Source: a virus
Taxonomy: Duplodnaviria > Heunggongvirae > Uroviricota > Caudoviricetes
Length of the DNA: 64,000 nt
Virus record (IMG/VR): IMGVR_UViG_3300021431_002946
Location: 289,291-353,290 of that record
Direction: 5' to 3' (one strand)
Both the position numbers and the translations under genes were made by a program. Position 1 is the stretch's first letter, and every line of letters starts with the position of its first letter. Positions 46,545 through 55,618 of this stretch are shown here, one piece after another. The notes below the pieces were generated by a model that had not been told where the DNA came from, ran no database searches, and worked only from the letters and a program-made list of their open reading frames with translations.

Positions 46545-47762
46545 ATGATTGGTATAGTTTTTGGTTGTTTTATTCCATTACATAGAGGACATATGACGCT
46601 TATAAATAAAGCTTTATCTGAATGTGATAAAGTTATTATTGGAATATGTGGTTCTGATGAAGATAGAGGTAAGGATTTTATTCCTTTTAAACATAGAATT
46701 GATTTAATGAAAAAAGCTTATAATGCAGACAATATTACTATTGTATCTATTGATGATAAAAAACTTGGTTTAACTGGAAAGTTTGATAAACCTTCTTGGG
46801 AAATTTGGAGTAAAGAACTTTTTGCAAATGCAAATGTAGATCCAAATAGTGATATTAGATGGTATATGGGTGAACAGCCTTATGCAGATAGATTAAGTGA
46901 AATTTATCCAAATCATGAATTTACAGTATTAGATAGAACTAAAGGTACTATTTCTGGTACTGCAATTAGAAATGCAATTAATTTAAAGGATTTTTCCAGT
47001 GTAATTCATCCAGTGTTTTATGAATATTTGAGATTAAAAATAGAAAAAGATAATATAATTAAGTGGATTCAAACATGGTTTAATGAAAATGGTCCTAAAG
47101 CAAAAGCAGTAATTGGAATTTCTGGTGGTAAAGACTCTACAATAATTGCAAAGCTTTTAGTTGATGCTCTTGGTAAAGATAGAGTTATTGGTGTTATGAT
47201 GCCTAACGGAGTTCAGCCTGATATTTCAGATAGTGAAAAAGTAATTGAACTTCTTGGTATTAAAGGTTATGAAGTAAATATTTATGATCAGTATAATGCA
47301 GAAGTAAGTGCTTTAAATGAAGCAGGAATTATTCCTTCTAAAGATACATTAATCAATATTACTCCAAGACTTAGAATGACTACATTATATGCAGTTGCTC
47401 AATCTCTTCCTGAAGGCGGTAGAGTATGTAATACATGTAATAAATCTGAAGATTATATTGGTTACTCTACTAAATTTGGTGATGCAGCTGGAGATTTTAG
47501 TCCTTGTGCAGATTTTACTGTTACAGAAATGTTACAAATTGGAGATATTTTAGGATTACCTTATGATTTAGTACATAAGATTCCTTCTGATGGTCTTTGT
47601 GGAAAAACTGATGAAGATAATCTTGGTTTTACTTATGCAGAACTTGATAAGTATATTGAAACTAAACAGATTGATGATCTAAATAAAAAGGAAATTATTG
47701 ACAGAAAACATTTACAGAATTTACATAAACTTAAAACAATTCCAACATATAGAAAGGAATAA
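46545..47762 (+). CDS. bifunctional NMN/NaMN adenylyltransferase (NadM-like) - NH3-dependent NAD+ synthetase (NadE) fusion
   Basis: N-terminal GCFIPLHRGH nucleotidyltransferase motif; C-terminal PP-loop GISGGKDST; start moved to the RBS-supported ATG at 46545. Confidence 0.8.
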   Translation: MIGIVFGCFIPLHRGHMTLINKALSECDKVIIGICGSDEDRGKDFIPFKHRIDLMKKAYNADNITIVSIDDKKLGLTGKFDKPSWEIWSKELFANANVDPNSDIRWYMGEQPYADRLSEIYPNHEFTVLDRTKGTISGTAIRNAINLKDFSSVIHPVFYEYLRLKIEKDNIIKWIQTWFNENGPKAKAVIGISGGKDSTIIAKLLVDALGKDRVIGVMMPNGVQPDISDSEKVIELLGIKGYEVNIYDQYNAEVSALNEAGIIPSKDTLINITPRLRMTTLYAVAQSLPEGGRVCNTCNKSEDYIGYSTKFGDAAGDFSPCADFTVTEMLQIGDILGLPYDLVHKIPSDGLCGKTDEDNLGFTYAELDKYIETKQIDDLNKKEIIDRKHLQNLHKLKTIPTYRKE

Positions 47763-47995
47763 TAATATGACAAAGAAAGATTTTATGTAGAATGATCTTA
47801 AGACTAAGGTTATACATGCATTAGCTGAACATAATATTGAAGCTAGTACTTTTAGTCAGACTGACCTTGATTTAGTTCTTAAGTGGATGGATGAAATTGA
47901 AAAGAAGTATAGGGAATAAAAATTAAATCAAAACTTATAAATGTAATATAATTAAGTAGGCAGAATTTATCTGTCTATTTTTTTTATAAAAACTA

Positions 47996-48025
47996 TTTAC
48001 GAATGTATAATTAAAGGTTTATAAT
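47996..48025 (+). promoter_or_regulatory. TTTACG-N18-TATAAT promoter
   Basis: motif read directly. Confidence 0.5.
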
Positions 48026-48058
48026 TATAAAGTAAATAACAGTAATGGAGAGAAAAAA

Positions 48059-48598
48059 GTGAAGTATTATATATCAGATTTACATTTTGGTCATGAAAAC
48101 ATAATTCGTTTGTGTAATAGACCATTTAGTTCTGTTAGTGAAATGGATAAGGCACTAATAGATAATTGGAATTCAGTTGTTAAGCCTAACGATGAGGTTT
48201 ATATACTTGGAGATATAGTTTTTAAGTCTGCTAATAATCCTATAGATTATTTTAAGCAGTTAAATGGTAAGAAGTATCTTATAACTGGAAATCATGATAA
48301 TCCAAAGCCAGAGTGGTATTCATATTTTGAAAAGATTAAGCCAGATTATTTTGTAGTTGACAATGGTAGAAAGGTTAAAATGTATCATTATCCAGTTGTA
48401 GAATGGGATGGTTATTTTAGAGGAACAATTTCTCTTTATGGTCATACTCATAATAATACAACAAATCTTGCATATAAAATTATGAGAGATATTCCAAATA
48501 CATATAATGTTGGTGCAGATATTCTTGATTTTACACCAAGAACTTTAGATGAAGTAATTGAATATAATAAGAAGTTTAATGCAGAGCATAAAATTTAA
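48059..48598 (+). CDS. metallophosphoesterase (calcineurin-like), GTG start
   Basis: DLHFGH..GDIVF..GNHD..GHTH motifs. Confidence 0.7.
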   Translation: MKYYISDLHFGHENIIRLCNRPFSSVSEMDKALIDNWNSVVKPNDEVYILGDIVFKSANNPIDYFKQLNGKKYLITGNHDNPKPEWYSYFEKIKPDYFVVDNGRKVKMYHYPVVEWDGYFRGTISLYGHTHNNTTNLAYKIMRDIPNTYNVGADILDFTPRTLDEVIEYNKKFNAEHKI

Positions 48599-48615
48599 TT
48601 AAAGGAGATATAACT

Positions 48616-49197
48616 ATGAGTAAGATTTATGTTGTTTCAAGATGTAAATATCCTAGTGATTATGATGCAACATTTGAGCCTTATAAGGCATTTAAAAATT
48701 TGGTAACTGCTGAAGTTTATGTTGCAGGTAAGAAAGATAGCGCAGAATATTCTATTACACCTATTGATTACTCTGAGTCTGATCTTGGAGTTGGAGAAGA
48801 GCATGTATATGCTTATTATGGTTATGGTAGATTAACAGAAAATCGTGAAAAAGATTTTGAAAAGATTCATGTTTATATGAGTAAGCATAAATCAAACACA
48901 CCTACTTATTTTCAGAGAACAAAGAAATCTTATTATAGATGTAAAGGTTTTGTAATTGCTAAAACATCTGCTGAAGCAAAGAAAAAGATTATACAGACTC
49001 TTATAAATGCTTCAACATGTTATGAATATATTGAAACAATTCAGAATGGTGAAACAGTCTATACTGAATTGACAAAAAATGTTTTTTTGAAGAAATATAA
49101 TCTGACTGCAGAAGAATTTGGTAGATATGGTATACTGCCTGCATATGAATGTTCTTTAAGTAATGATAACTTTAAAAAGTGGTTAATTACTGTTTAA
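48616..49197 (+). CDS. hypothetical protein
   Basis: 193-aa ORF with AAGGAG RBS. Confidence 0.55.
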   Translation: MSKIYVVSRCKYPSDYDATFEPYKAFKNLVTAEVYVAGKKDSAEYSITPIDYSESDLGVGEEHVYAYYGYGRLTENREKDFEKIHVYMSKHKSNTPTYFQRTKKSYYRCKGFVIAKTSAEAKKKIIQTLINASTCYEYIETIQNGETVYTELTKNVFLKKYNLTAEEFGRYGILPAYECSLSNDNFKKWLITV

Positions 49198-49218
49198 TTA
49201 TTGCAGAGTATCTTAAGA

Positions 49219-49482
49219 ATGAATAATATTTCAGATATTGATAAAGTAAAAGCATTAAGGCAAATTACAAATTGTTCTACAGTAGACTGTAAGAATGCTA
49301 TTCTTTATTGTAAAGATCATACTGATTGCAATGAAGTTGGTTATCTTATGTCTAAAAGTTTTGCAGTTGTAACGCATTGTACAGAAGATGAAAGAATTCG
49401 ACATTTTAGTAAATATGCCGAGTCACATTCTAGTGGTATACTATGGAAGAAATTTTTAGAAACTGGTGAAATACCATATTAA
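49219..49482 (+). CDS. hypothetical protein
   Basis: ATG inside the listed 49201 TTG-start ORF. Confidence 0.4.
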   Translation: MNNISDIDKVKALRQITNCSTVDCKNAILYCKDHTDCNEVGYLMSKSFAVVTHCTEDERIRHFSKYAESHSSGILWKKFLETGEIPY

Positions 49483-49524
49483 TTTTCTTATCTTAATAAA
49501 AAATTTTTAAGGATGATAAATGAA

Positions 49525-49890
49525 ATGAATCTTAATGATAATGTAAATAAAATTGTAAAACTTGCTAAAGAATCAAATGGTATAATTGAATTTATTATTA
49601 AAGGTGATGTAAATGACGCAGATTATATTTATAAGAAACGTCAGTATACTCTTGCAGAATTTAAAGCAAATAAAATTGATAGAGCATATAAGTTTTTTAA
49701 AACTTTAGTAGATGAAGTTTGGTGTTCTGATCATGAAGAAATTTTACAAAATCTTAATGATAAAGACTATATTGCACCAGAATGTAAAAAGTATTGGATG
49801 GAAAATTTAATAAATTTTGTTCCATTTAGTTATGACATGGCACATACTATTGTAGATGTTGAGCTCAGAGTTATTGTAGCAGAAGTTTAG
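49525..49890 (+). CDS. hypothetical protein
   Basis: the start could equally be 49513. Confidence 0.45.
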   Translation: MNLNDNVNKIVKLAKESNGIIEFIIKGDVNDADYIYKKRQYTLAEFKANKIDRAYKFFKTLVDEVWCSDHEEILQNLNDKDYIAPECKKYWMENLINFVPFSYDMAHTIVDVELRVIVAEV

Positions 49891-49973
49891 CTAGAGATAC
49901 TCGATTTAGATGTAAAATTGAAGAATTTATACCTGAATATGTAGAAAATTCATAATTTATACTTATAAAATTA

Positions 49974-50002
49974 TTTACAAGAAAAAACTCTTAGTTTATA
50001 AT
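49974..50002 (+). promoter_or_regulatory. TTTACA-N17-TATAAT promoter embedded in a 34-bp palindrome
   Basis: exact consensus; inverted repeat ACTCTTAGTT..AACTAAGAGT flanks the -10. Confidence 0.55.
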
Positions 50003-50042
50003 AATTATATAACTAAGAGTTATTTTATAAAGGAGATAAATT

Positions 50043-50276
50043 ATGACAAAATATGAGTATGAGCAGGTAAAAGAAATAGAAGCAGATAAGTGGACTGCTG
50101 CTATTTATTTTTTAATTACATTTATATGGATTTTAAGATTTTTTACACCTTTAGATAGTACAAGTATTATTATGAATTGCGTATGTATTTTTCTTTTGGC
50201 ATCTTGTGGTATTATTAGAGTTATCTCATATATACATGAAAAGAAAAAAATACATTTTGAAGAGGAGATTAAATAA
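50043..50276 (+). CDS. small membrane protein
   Basis: GGAG RBS, two TM helices. Confidence 0.5.
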   Translation: MTKYEYEQVKEIEADKWTAAIYFLITFIWILRFFTPLDSTSIIMNCVCIFLLASCGIIRVISYIHEKKKIHFEEEIK

Positions 50277-50285
50277 AAAATAAGT

Positions 50286-50708
50286 ATGAGCGCTAATGAA
50301 CTATTTAAGCAGCAACAGCAATTGAGTCTAGAAAAGAATTCAATTATAAATAAGATTGCTGATATAAATTTACAATTAGTTGAATATTTTAATAGTAGAC
50401 TTACAGCAATTAAGGAAGTTGTTAAAACATCTCCTGAATTGAAAGATGGATATGAAGATGTATTGAATATGCAGCTTATTGAAAAAGTTGATTCTTATTG
50501 GAAGAAGCCACTTATAAAAGAAGAAGTTTTAAAGTTGCAGGTTTCATATGTAACATATAATCTTAATACATTGAAAGTATATTTAGTAACTGGAGATCCA
50601 TTTTGTGGAGCAACTTGGATATTTCATGTAGAAGATAATATTGAAGACTTTTTGAATTCAAATACTATTAGAGGTAAGATTTATGCCAGACACAATGATA
50701 AAATTTAA
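50286..50708 (+). CDS. hypothetical protein
   Basis: 140-aa ORF. Confidence 0.5.
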   Translation: MSANELFKQQQQLSLEKNSIINKIADINLQLVEYFNSRLTAIKEVVKTSPELKDGYEDVLNMQLIEKVDSYWKKPLIKEEVLKLQVSYVTYNLNTLKVYLVTGDPFCGATWIFHVEDNIEDFLNSNTIRGKIYARHNDKI

Positions 50709-51159
50709 GTCAATTAATTGTTCTCCAAATCATAAAGATGACAAGTCTTTTATTTCTGATTTGTGTATAACTGAGGATGAATTAGCTCTTGTAATTTATC
50801 ATCTTTTAAAGAACTTGGATTTTTTGCCTTATGATTATAAATTAAAGGATAATACTATAAATAAATTAGATAAGATTATATCTGATATACCTAAAGATAG
50901 TGTATATAATGCATTTGGAGAGATCTTTGAGTATATTGATTATTTAATCGCAATTGCACTTAATAAGCAGATGCAAGCAGCTCAGGCATCTTTATCAACA
51001 GGAATTGATTTTTTATGCTCAATTCTTGAAAGTGATGAAGATTTTAAGAAATATAGTTTTGCTGAAAATTTTATAAAACTGCACGAACAAGATAAATATA
51101 GTATGAATTTTTGTTACAATGCAGCAAACGAAGAGTTATTTAATAATATCATCAAGTAG
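50683..51159 (+). CDS. hypothetical protein
   Basis: 158-aa ORF overlapping the upstream gene. Confidence 0.45.
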   Translation: MPDTMIKFKSINCSPNHKDDKSFISDLCITEDELALVIYHLLKNLDFLPYDYKLKDNTINKLDKIISDIPKDSVYNAFGEIFEYIDYLIAIALNKQMQAAQASLSTGIDFLCSILESDEDFKKYSFAENFIKLHEQDKYSMNFCYNAANEELFNNIIK

Positions 51160-51176
51160 AAAGGAAATTAACTAAT

Positions 51177-51476
51177 ATGAGAGTTGAATTTATTGAAGCT
51201 GATAAAGGTGATCATATTGTAACAGAAATAATGTCATTTGCACTAATGTCTACTAGTAAAAATGAACCGATTGTTTGGTTGATTACGCCAGATGATATGG
51301 AAGATTATTTTTCTAAGGATGACGAATTGGTTGCAAATTTTGATAAGTTATCAAGTCAAATACTTAAAGACGGTTATGTAAAATTAACTGATTATTTGTT
51401 CTATACTGATCCTGGTTATGATGAGGGTGAAGACTTTGGTGATAGCTTTGATGATGACGGTTGGGATCTTAATTGA
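51177..51476 (+). CDS. acidic hypothetical protein
   Basis: 99-aa ORF with GGAAA RBS. Confidence 0.5.
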   Translation: MRVEFIEADKGDHIVTEIMSFALMSTSKNEPIVWLITPDDMEDYFSKDDELVANFDKLSSQILKDGYVKLTDYLFYTDPGYDEGEDFGDSFDDDGWDLN

Positions 51477-51566
51477 TGTAATAGAATTGTTATACTAAAA
51501 ATATTTACACCTTTGCGTATAAAAGATATAATAAAACTATCAATTAAAGCAAAGGAGAAATAAACA

Positions 51567-51941
51567 ATGACACCAGCTAGAAAGAATTATATTGCTCGTG
51601 CTAACTTTGTAAAGAAAATTACAATTGTTAGAAACATTTGTGCTATACTCAGTTTTCTTTGTTTTGTTGCAACAATTGGAGAATATACTGGTAGACATTA
51701 TATGTTATTTTATAATATTGGATTAGTACTTATTCTTGTATTTACAGGTTTAGTTGTAGGAATTGAATATTTTGTTTTAAATGTTGCAATCTTTGATGGT
51801 GATATTGATTTTAAACCTATCTTTGGTTGGAACATTGATTTTCCTTTTATTTCTTACAATGAATTTCTTAAAAAAAATGAATTAGAAGACACAGACAAAA
51901 ATTATAGTGAATATAGAAAGGTGACAAAGAAATGTATCTAA
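51567..51941 (+). CDS. membrane protein
   Basis: GGAG RBS, TM helices. Confidence 0.5.
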   Translation: MTPARKNYIARANFVKKITIVRNICAILSFLCFVATIGEYTGRHYMLFYNIGLVLILVFTGLVVGIEYFVLNVAIFDGDIDFKPIFGWNIDFPFISYNEFLKKNELEDTDKNYSEYRKVTKKCI

Positions 51942-52180
51942 AATGTAGAATTGCATTTGCAGCTGCTGTCACACTTTTAATTATATTATTGTCTATGCTT
52001 ATATTTGAACCTCTTGCTGAAAAAGCAACAGCAAGAAAAATGAAAAAGTTTAATATTCTAACTTTAGAAGAAGTCTATAATATTACTTATACTCCAACTG
52101 CTTCTGCAAATATAGAAACAGATCCTGATCAAGAATTTTATAGACAATTTATTTTAGACAGTCTTGGAACTGAACTCTGA
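51932..52180 (+). CDS. small membrane/secreted protein
   Basis: N-terminal hydrophobic segment. Confidence 0.45.
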   Translation: MYLKCRIAFAAAVTLLIILLSMLIFEPLAEKATARKMKKFNILTLEEVYNITYTPTASANIETDPDQEFYRQFILDSLGTEL

Positions 52181-52213
52181 GTACCAAAAAAGTTTCATAT
52201 TTATTCTCCTAAA

Positions 52214-52250
52214 ATAGCCTGCAATTTTTTGTAGGCTATTTTTCTTTTTC
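52214..52250 (+). terminator. intrinsic terminator
   Basis: ATAGCCT..AGGCTAT + T-rich tail. Confidence 0.7.
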
Positions 52251-52489
52251 GTAAACAAAAATTATTTACAAAATTTATATAAATATTTGTATAGTTTGAT
52301 ACCTTCCTGTTGGTTTATTTTTTAACCTCCATATAGTATAATATAATTATGAAAAATAAAAACGGAGGTATTAAATGATTGCAGCACTACTACTTATTTA
52401 TTTCTTATATGTATTAGTAAAGTAACTAAACAACTTAAACACACACCAAAAAATCACATCAATAAATTAAGAAAGGAACTTAACAAAAC

Positions 52490-52735
52490 ATGAAGTACAA
52501 GTGCCCTACCCTCACATTATCTGACATTAAGGCTATTATGCTTGCAAATGGTTGGTACGAAGCTGGTTCTAGCGGAGATCATTTCTACTTTAAGAAAAAT
52601 GAAATAAATTTTAAATTTTGTGTTACTCAGAGACACATTGATCAAAATAGAGTACTGAATGATTTTAAAAAGCTCGGTATTATACCAGATGTAAAACTTG
52701 CAAGAAAATATAGAAAGAAAGTTGCTGCAAAATAA
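52490..52735 (+). CDS. HicA-like (YcfA family) small protein, no adjacent HicB
   Basis: LANGWYEAGSSGDHFYFKK resembles the HicA G(W/F)..GSH core. Confidence 0.45.
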   Translation: MKYKCPTLTLSDIKAIMLANGWYEAGSSGDHFYFKKNEINFKFCVTQRHIDQNRVLNDFKKLGIIPDVKLARKYRKKVAAK

Positions 52736-52758
52736 AAAACAATTTAATATATAATAGT

Positions 52759-52791
52759 AATGGACCTATTACTTAGGTCCATTATTTTTTA
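52759..52791 (+). terminator. intrinsic terminator
   Basis: AATGGACCT..AGGTCCATT + T6. Confidence 0.7.
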
Positions 52792-52802
52792 TAAAAAAAA
52801 TA

Positions 52803-52831
52803 TTTACACTAATAAAAAAGTATGATATAAT
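52803..52831 (+). promoter_or_regulatory. TTTACA-N17-TATAAT promoter
   Basis: exact consensus. Confidence 0.6.
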
Positions 52832-52864
52832 AAATTATATTAAAATAAAAAGAAGAGTAAAAAT

Positions 52865-53329
52865 ATGTTTAAATTTAAATCAAATAAAATTTATAAAGTA
52901 TTTTCAAGATCTAATTGTGAAAGATTTTGTAAACAGAAGCATGACAAAAATTCAATAATTATATCGATTAAATCTACTCATGATAAAAAGGCATCTAAAG
53001 TATTTTGTGATGAAAAGAATAATGTAAAAGCAATTTTATTTTTATCTTTTGATGATATTGAACAAGAAGATGTTCAATTTACTAATGGAAAAGAATTTTG
53101 TATGTCATTTGAAGATGGTAGAAAAATTGCAAAGTTCATTAATGAATGGTATGATAAAGTTGATATGATTATTGTTCATTGTGATGGTGGAATATCTAGA
53201 TCTGCTGGAATAGCTGCAGCAATTATGAGAGTTAGAGAAGGTTTGGATTGGCCTATATTTGCAAATAAAAATAAGCATCCAAATATGACATGTTACTTAA
53301 GAACATTAAAAGCATTTAAATACATTTAA
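52865..53329 (+). CDS. dual-specificity / Cys-based protein phosphatase
   Basis: HCDGGISRS (CX5R) active-site loop. Confidence 0.75.
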   Translation: MFKFKSNKIYKVFSRSNCERFCKQKHDKNSIIISIKSTHDKKASKVFCDEKNNVKAILFLSFDDIEQEDVQFTNGKEFCMSFEDGRKIAKFINEWYDKVDMIIVHCDGGISRSAGIAAAIMRVREGLDWPIFANKNKHPNMTCYLRTLKAFKYI

Positions 53330-53342
53330 AAGGAGATTTATT

Positions 53343-53699
53343 ATGAATTATAGAGAAATTGCAGAAGAATATATGCATCTTAAAAAAATTGCTGAAAAGA
53401 TTGTTGAAGTATATTTTAATGTATCTGGTTATAAGGTAGCAAATGTTACTTTTAATGATGATAATACAATCAATATTGATTATTATGATGTAATGTCGCC
53501 TAGAACAATTACTGTACCTGAAAAGTGGTTATATTTGAATCAAGACGAACTTGAAGCTGCATATGAAGAATTTAAAATTATTAAGCATCAAGCATACGTT
53601 GAAGAGTCAAAAAGAATAAATGCACAGAATAAGATTAATATCGCAAATAGTGAAAGAGAAGCTTACGAAGCTATGAAGAAAAAATTTGGAGATTCGTAA
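53343..53699 (+). CDS. hypothetical protein
   Basis: 118-aa ORF with AAGGAG RBS. Confidence 0.5.
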   Translation: MNYREIAEEYMHLKKIAEKIVEVYFNVSGYKVANVTFNDDNTINIDYYDVMSPRTITVPEKWLYLNQDELEAAYEEFKIIKHQAYVEESKRINAQNKINIANSEREAYEAMKKKFGDS

Positions 53700-53707
53700 A
53701 AAAGTTA

Positions 53708-53736
53708 TTTACAAGTATATATTCATATGATATAAT
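53708..53736 (+). promoter_or_regulatory. TTTACA-N17-TATAAT promoter
   Basis: exact consensus. Confidence 0.6.
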
Positions 53737-53784
53737 AAAATTACAAACTTAATAAAAAATACTTTTTTTAAAGGAGACAACAAT

Positions 53785-54003
53785 ATGAAGACATCTACAA
53801 AGAAGAAGATTAGCTTTATGGTACTTATCTGGACAATTCTCTTGGCTATGATTTACACAGGTGGTGGTGCACTCCACGTTATCACATCTCCTGTAATTGG
53901 AATCATCCACTTTGCAGTAGCAATCATGTGGGGAGTAATTGCAGTACTTGCTGCAAAGTTCTATGCAACACTTACCAAGACTGAGATTATTGAGAAGGCA
54001 TAA
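53785..54003 (+). CDS. small membrane protein (2 TM)
   Basis: AAGGAG RBS. Confidence 0.5.
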   Translation: MKTSTKKKISFMVLIWTILLAMIYTGGGALHVITSPVIGIIHFAVAIMWGVIAVLAAKFYATLTKTEIIEKA

Positions 54004-54015
54004 GGAGAGATCTAT

Positions 54016-54282
54016 ATGACTAATGGAGGAATTGCACTTGCAGTTACTGTATCAATTATAGTTACAGTTATTGCAACTCTTATTCTAGCATACTTCCATA
54101 AGGAAGAAGCGCCTAGAGCATTTTCAGTTGGAGTTATTGCGCTTGCAATGATCATCATCAATGGTTTTTGGATCTATCAGATGTACTACTACAACAGCAC
54201 ACCTGAAGGTCAGGCTAAGATGGCTGAACAGAAGATTGAATTTGCTGAAAAGAAAGAAGCAATGTTTAGTCGAATGAGATAA
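54016..54282 (+). CDS. small membrane protein (2 TM)
   Basis: AGGAG RBS. Confidence 0.5.
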   Translation: MTNGGIALAVTVSIIVTVIATLILAYFHKEEAPRAFSVGVIALAMIIINGFWIYQMYYYNSTPEGQAKMAEQKIEFAEKKEAMFSRMR

Positions 54283-54309
54283 GCTTTTTAATAAACAATT
54301 TTAATACAA

Positions 54310-54346
54310 AAGGACCTATACATTTATTGTGTAGGTCTTTTTTATT
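54310..54346 (+). terminator. intrinsic terminator
   Basis: AGGACCTA..TAGGTCTT + T6. Confidence 0.65.
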
Positions 54347-54373
54347 TACAAAAATTTTTATATAAAATATAAT
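54345..54373 (+). promoter_or_regulatory. TTTACA-N17-TATAAT promoter
   Basis: exact consensus. Confidence 0.6.
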
Positions 54374-54404
54374 ATTTTATATAATAAACTTATAGGAGTA
54401 TAAT

Positions 54405-55124
54405 ATGAATATTCTAATTACCGCTGGCGGAACATCAGAATTAATTGATAAAAGGTATAAGTTATATACTAAAAGTTATGATAATAGTAGTTTAGCATCT
54501 AAGATTGCTGATCAACTTCTTTTCAGAGATAAGATTGCAGATCAAATAGAAAATCTTTTTTATATTTATACACCAGATGCAACATTAGTACCAGTTAAAA
54601 GTAACAAAGTAAAATATATTAAAGTAACTGATGTTATGTCTTTTGTTGATGCGCTTAAAATAATTTATGAAGAAAATACAATTGATTATTGTATTCATTT
54701 AATGAATATTTCTATTTATTATATTGATTATAGAACAGATGCAGATTCTTTATATTATGATATAAATAAATATGAAAATGACTCAATTAAAAATATAATT
54801 CTTGCAGGTCATTCAAGACAAAATAGAGAAGAAGATTATATGTATAATGACTGTATTGTAGTTTTTAAACCATCTCCAAATATTGAAAAGTTTATAAAAG
54901 AAACTTCACCTAATACAATACTTTTTAAATATTGTCAAACATTTGATCGAAGTATTGGAACTGCAAATGCATTATCTTATTACGATAATGTCTATACAAT
55001 TATAGATTATCTTAATAGGTTTCAATTAATGTCAAATAAATTAAAATCATCTGATGAATTTAAAACAGAATATGAGATAAGTTCATACATTGCTCACTTT
55101 ATTTACAAAGATATTACATTGTAA
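54405..55124 (+). CDS. hypothetical protein
   Basis: 239-aa ORF. Confidence 0.5.
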   Translation: MNILITAGGTSELIDKRYKLYTKSYDNSSLASKIADQLLFRDKIADQIENLFYIYTPDATLVPVKSNKVKYIKVTDVMSFVDALKIIYEENTIDYCIHLMNISIYYIDYRTDADSLYYDINKYENDSIKNIILAGHSRQNREEDYMYNDCIVVFKPSPNIEKFIKETSPNTILFKYCQTFDRSIGTANALSYYDNVYTIIDYLNRFQLMSNKLKSSDEFKTEYEISSYIAHFIYKDITL

Positions 55125-55246
55125 AAAGTTATTTACTAAAAATTTGTTTTGAGATACTATATAAATATCAAATAAAAAATAAGGAGGTTCTTGAATGTAT
55201 AATAATCGAATTCCTTTGGATTTGCCAGATACTGACGAAGATCCTT

Positions 55247-55549
55247 TTGATTATTAAAAAATGGCTTATGAGGTATACATTAAAACGAATCGATCATTAT
55301 GATATAGATACTAACAATAAAACTACTGTTGAACAATATTATGAAAAGACTGGTAGTGTTGGTATGGATGTAGATGAATTTGATATTTTTAGAGCAATTT
55401 GTAAAATGACAAATGAACCTCTCATTTTTACAAGTGATCTCTCTGCAAAAACAATTACAAAAACTAAAAATAATAAAAAGTATTTTACAGAATATAGATT
55501 AGAACCTATATTTGAAGAAGATGATTTTAAAATTGAATTTACATTTTAA
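55247..55549 (+). CDS. hypothetical protein
   Basis: 100-aa ORF; start uncertain. Confidence 0.4.
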   Translation: MIIKKWLMRYTLKRIDHYDIDTNNKTTVEQYYEKTGSVGMDVDEFDIFRAICKMTNEPLIFTSDLSAKTITKTKNNKKYFTEYRLEPIFEEDDFKIEFTF

Positions 55550-55618
55550 AGAGGAATATTAATGGTTGAAAAGTAAAGTTCAATTAGAAAAGAACCTTTT
55601 AATGATTATATTGATCGA

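Noticed and set aside
47763-47920. A 46-codon frame after a TAG (NDLKTKVIHALAEH..KKYRE) with no start codon, raising the idea of TAG reassignment (alternative genetic code)
   Set aside because: The 12.4-kb, 1.8-kb and other long ORFs close on TAG as well as TAA and TGA without readthrough artefacts, so the standard code fits. This is probably a non-coding remnant.
53785-54282. Two adjacent small 2-TM proteins as a holin/antiholin pair
   Set aside because: No endolysin or other lysis gene nearby, and no holin-specific motif. They are kept as generic small membrane proteins.
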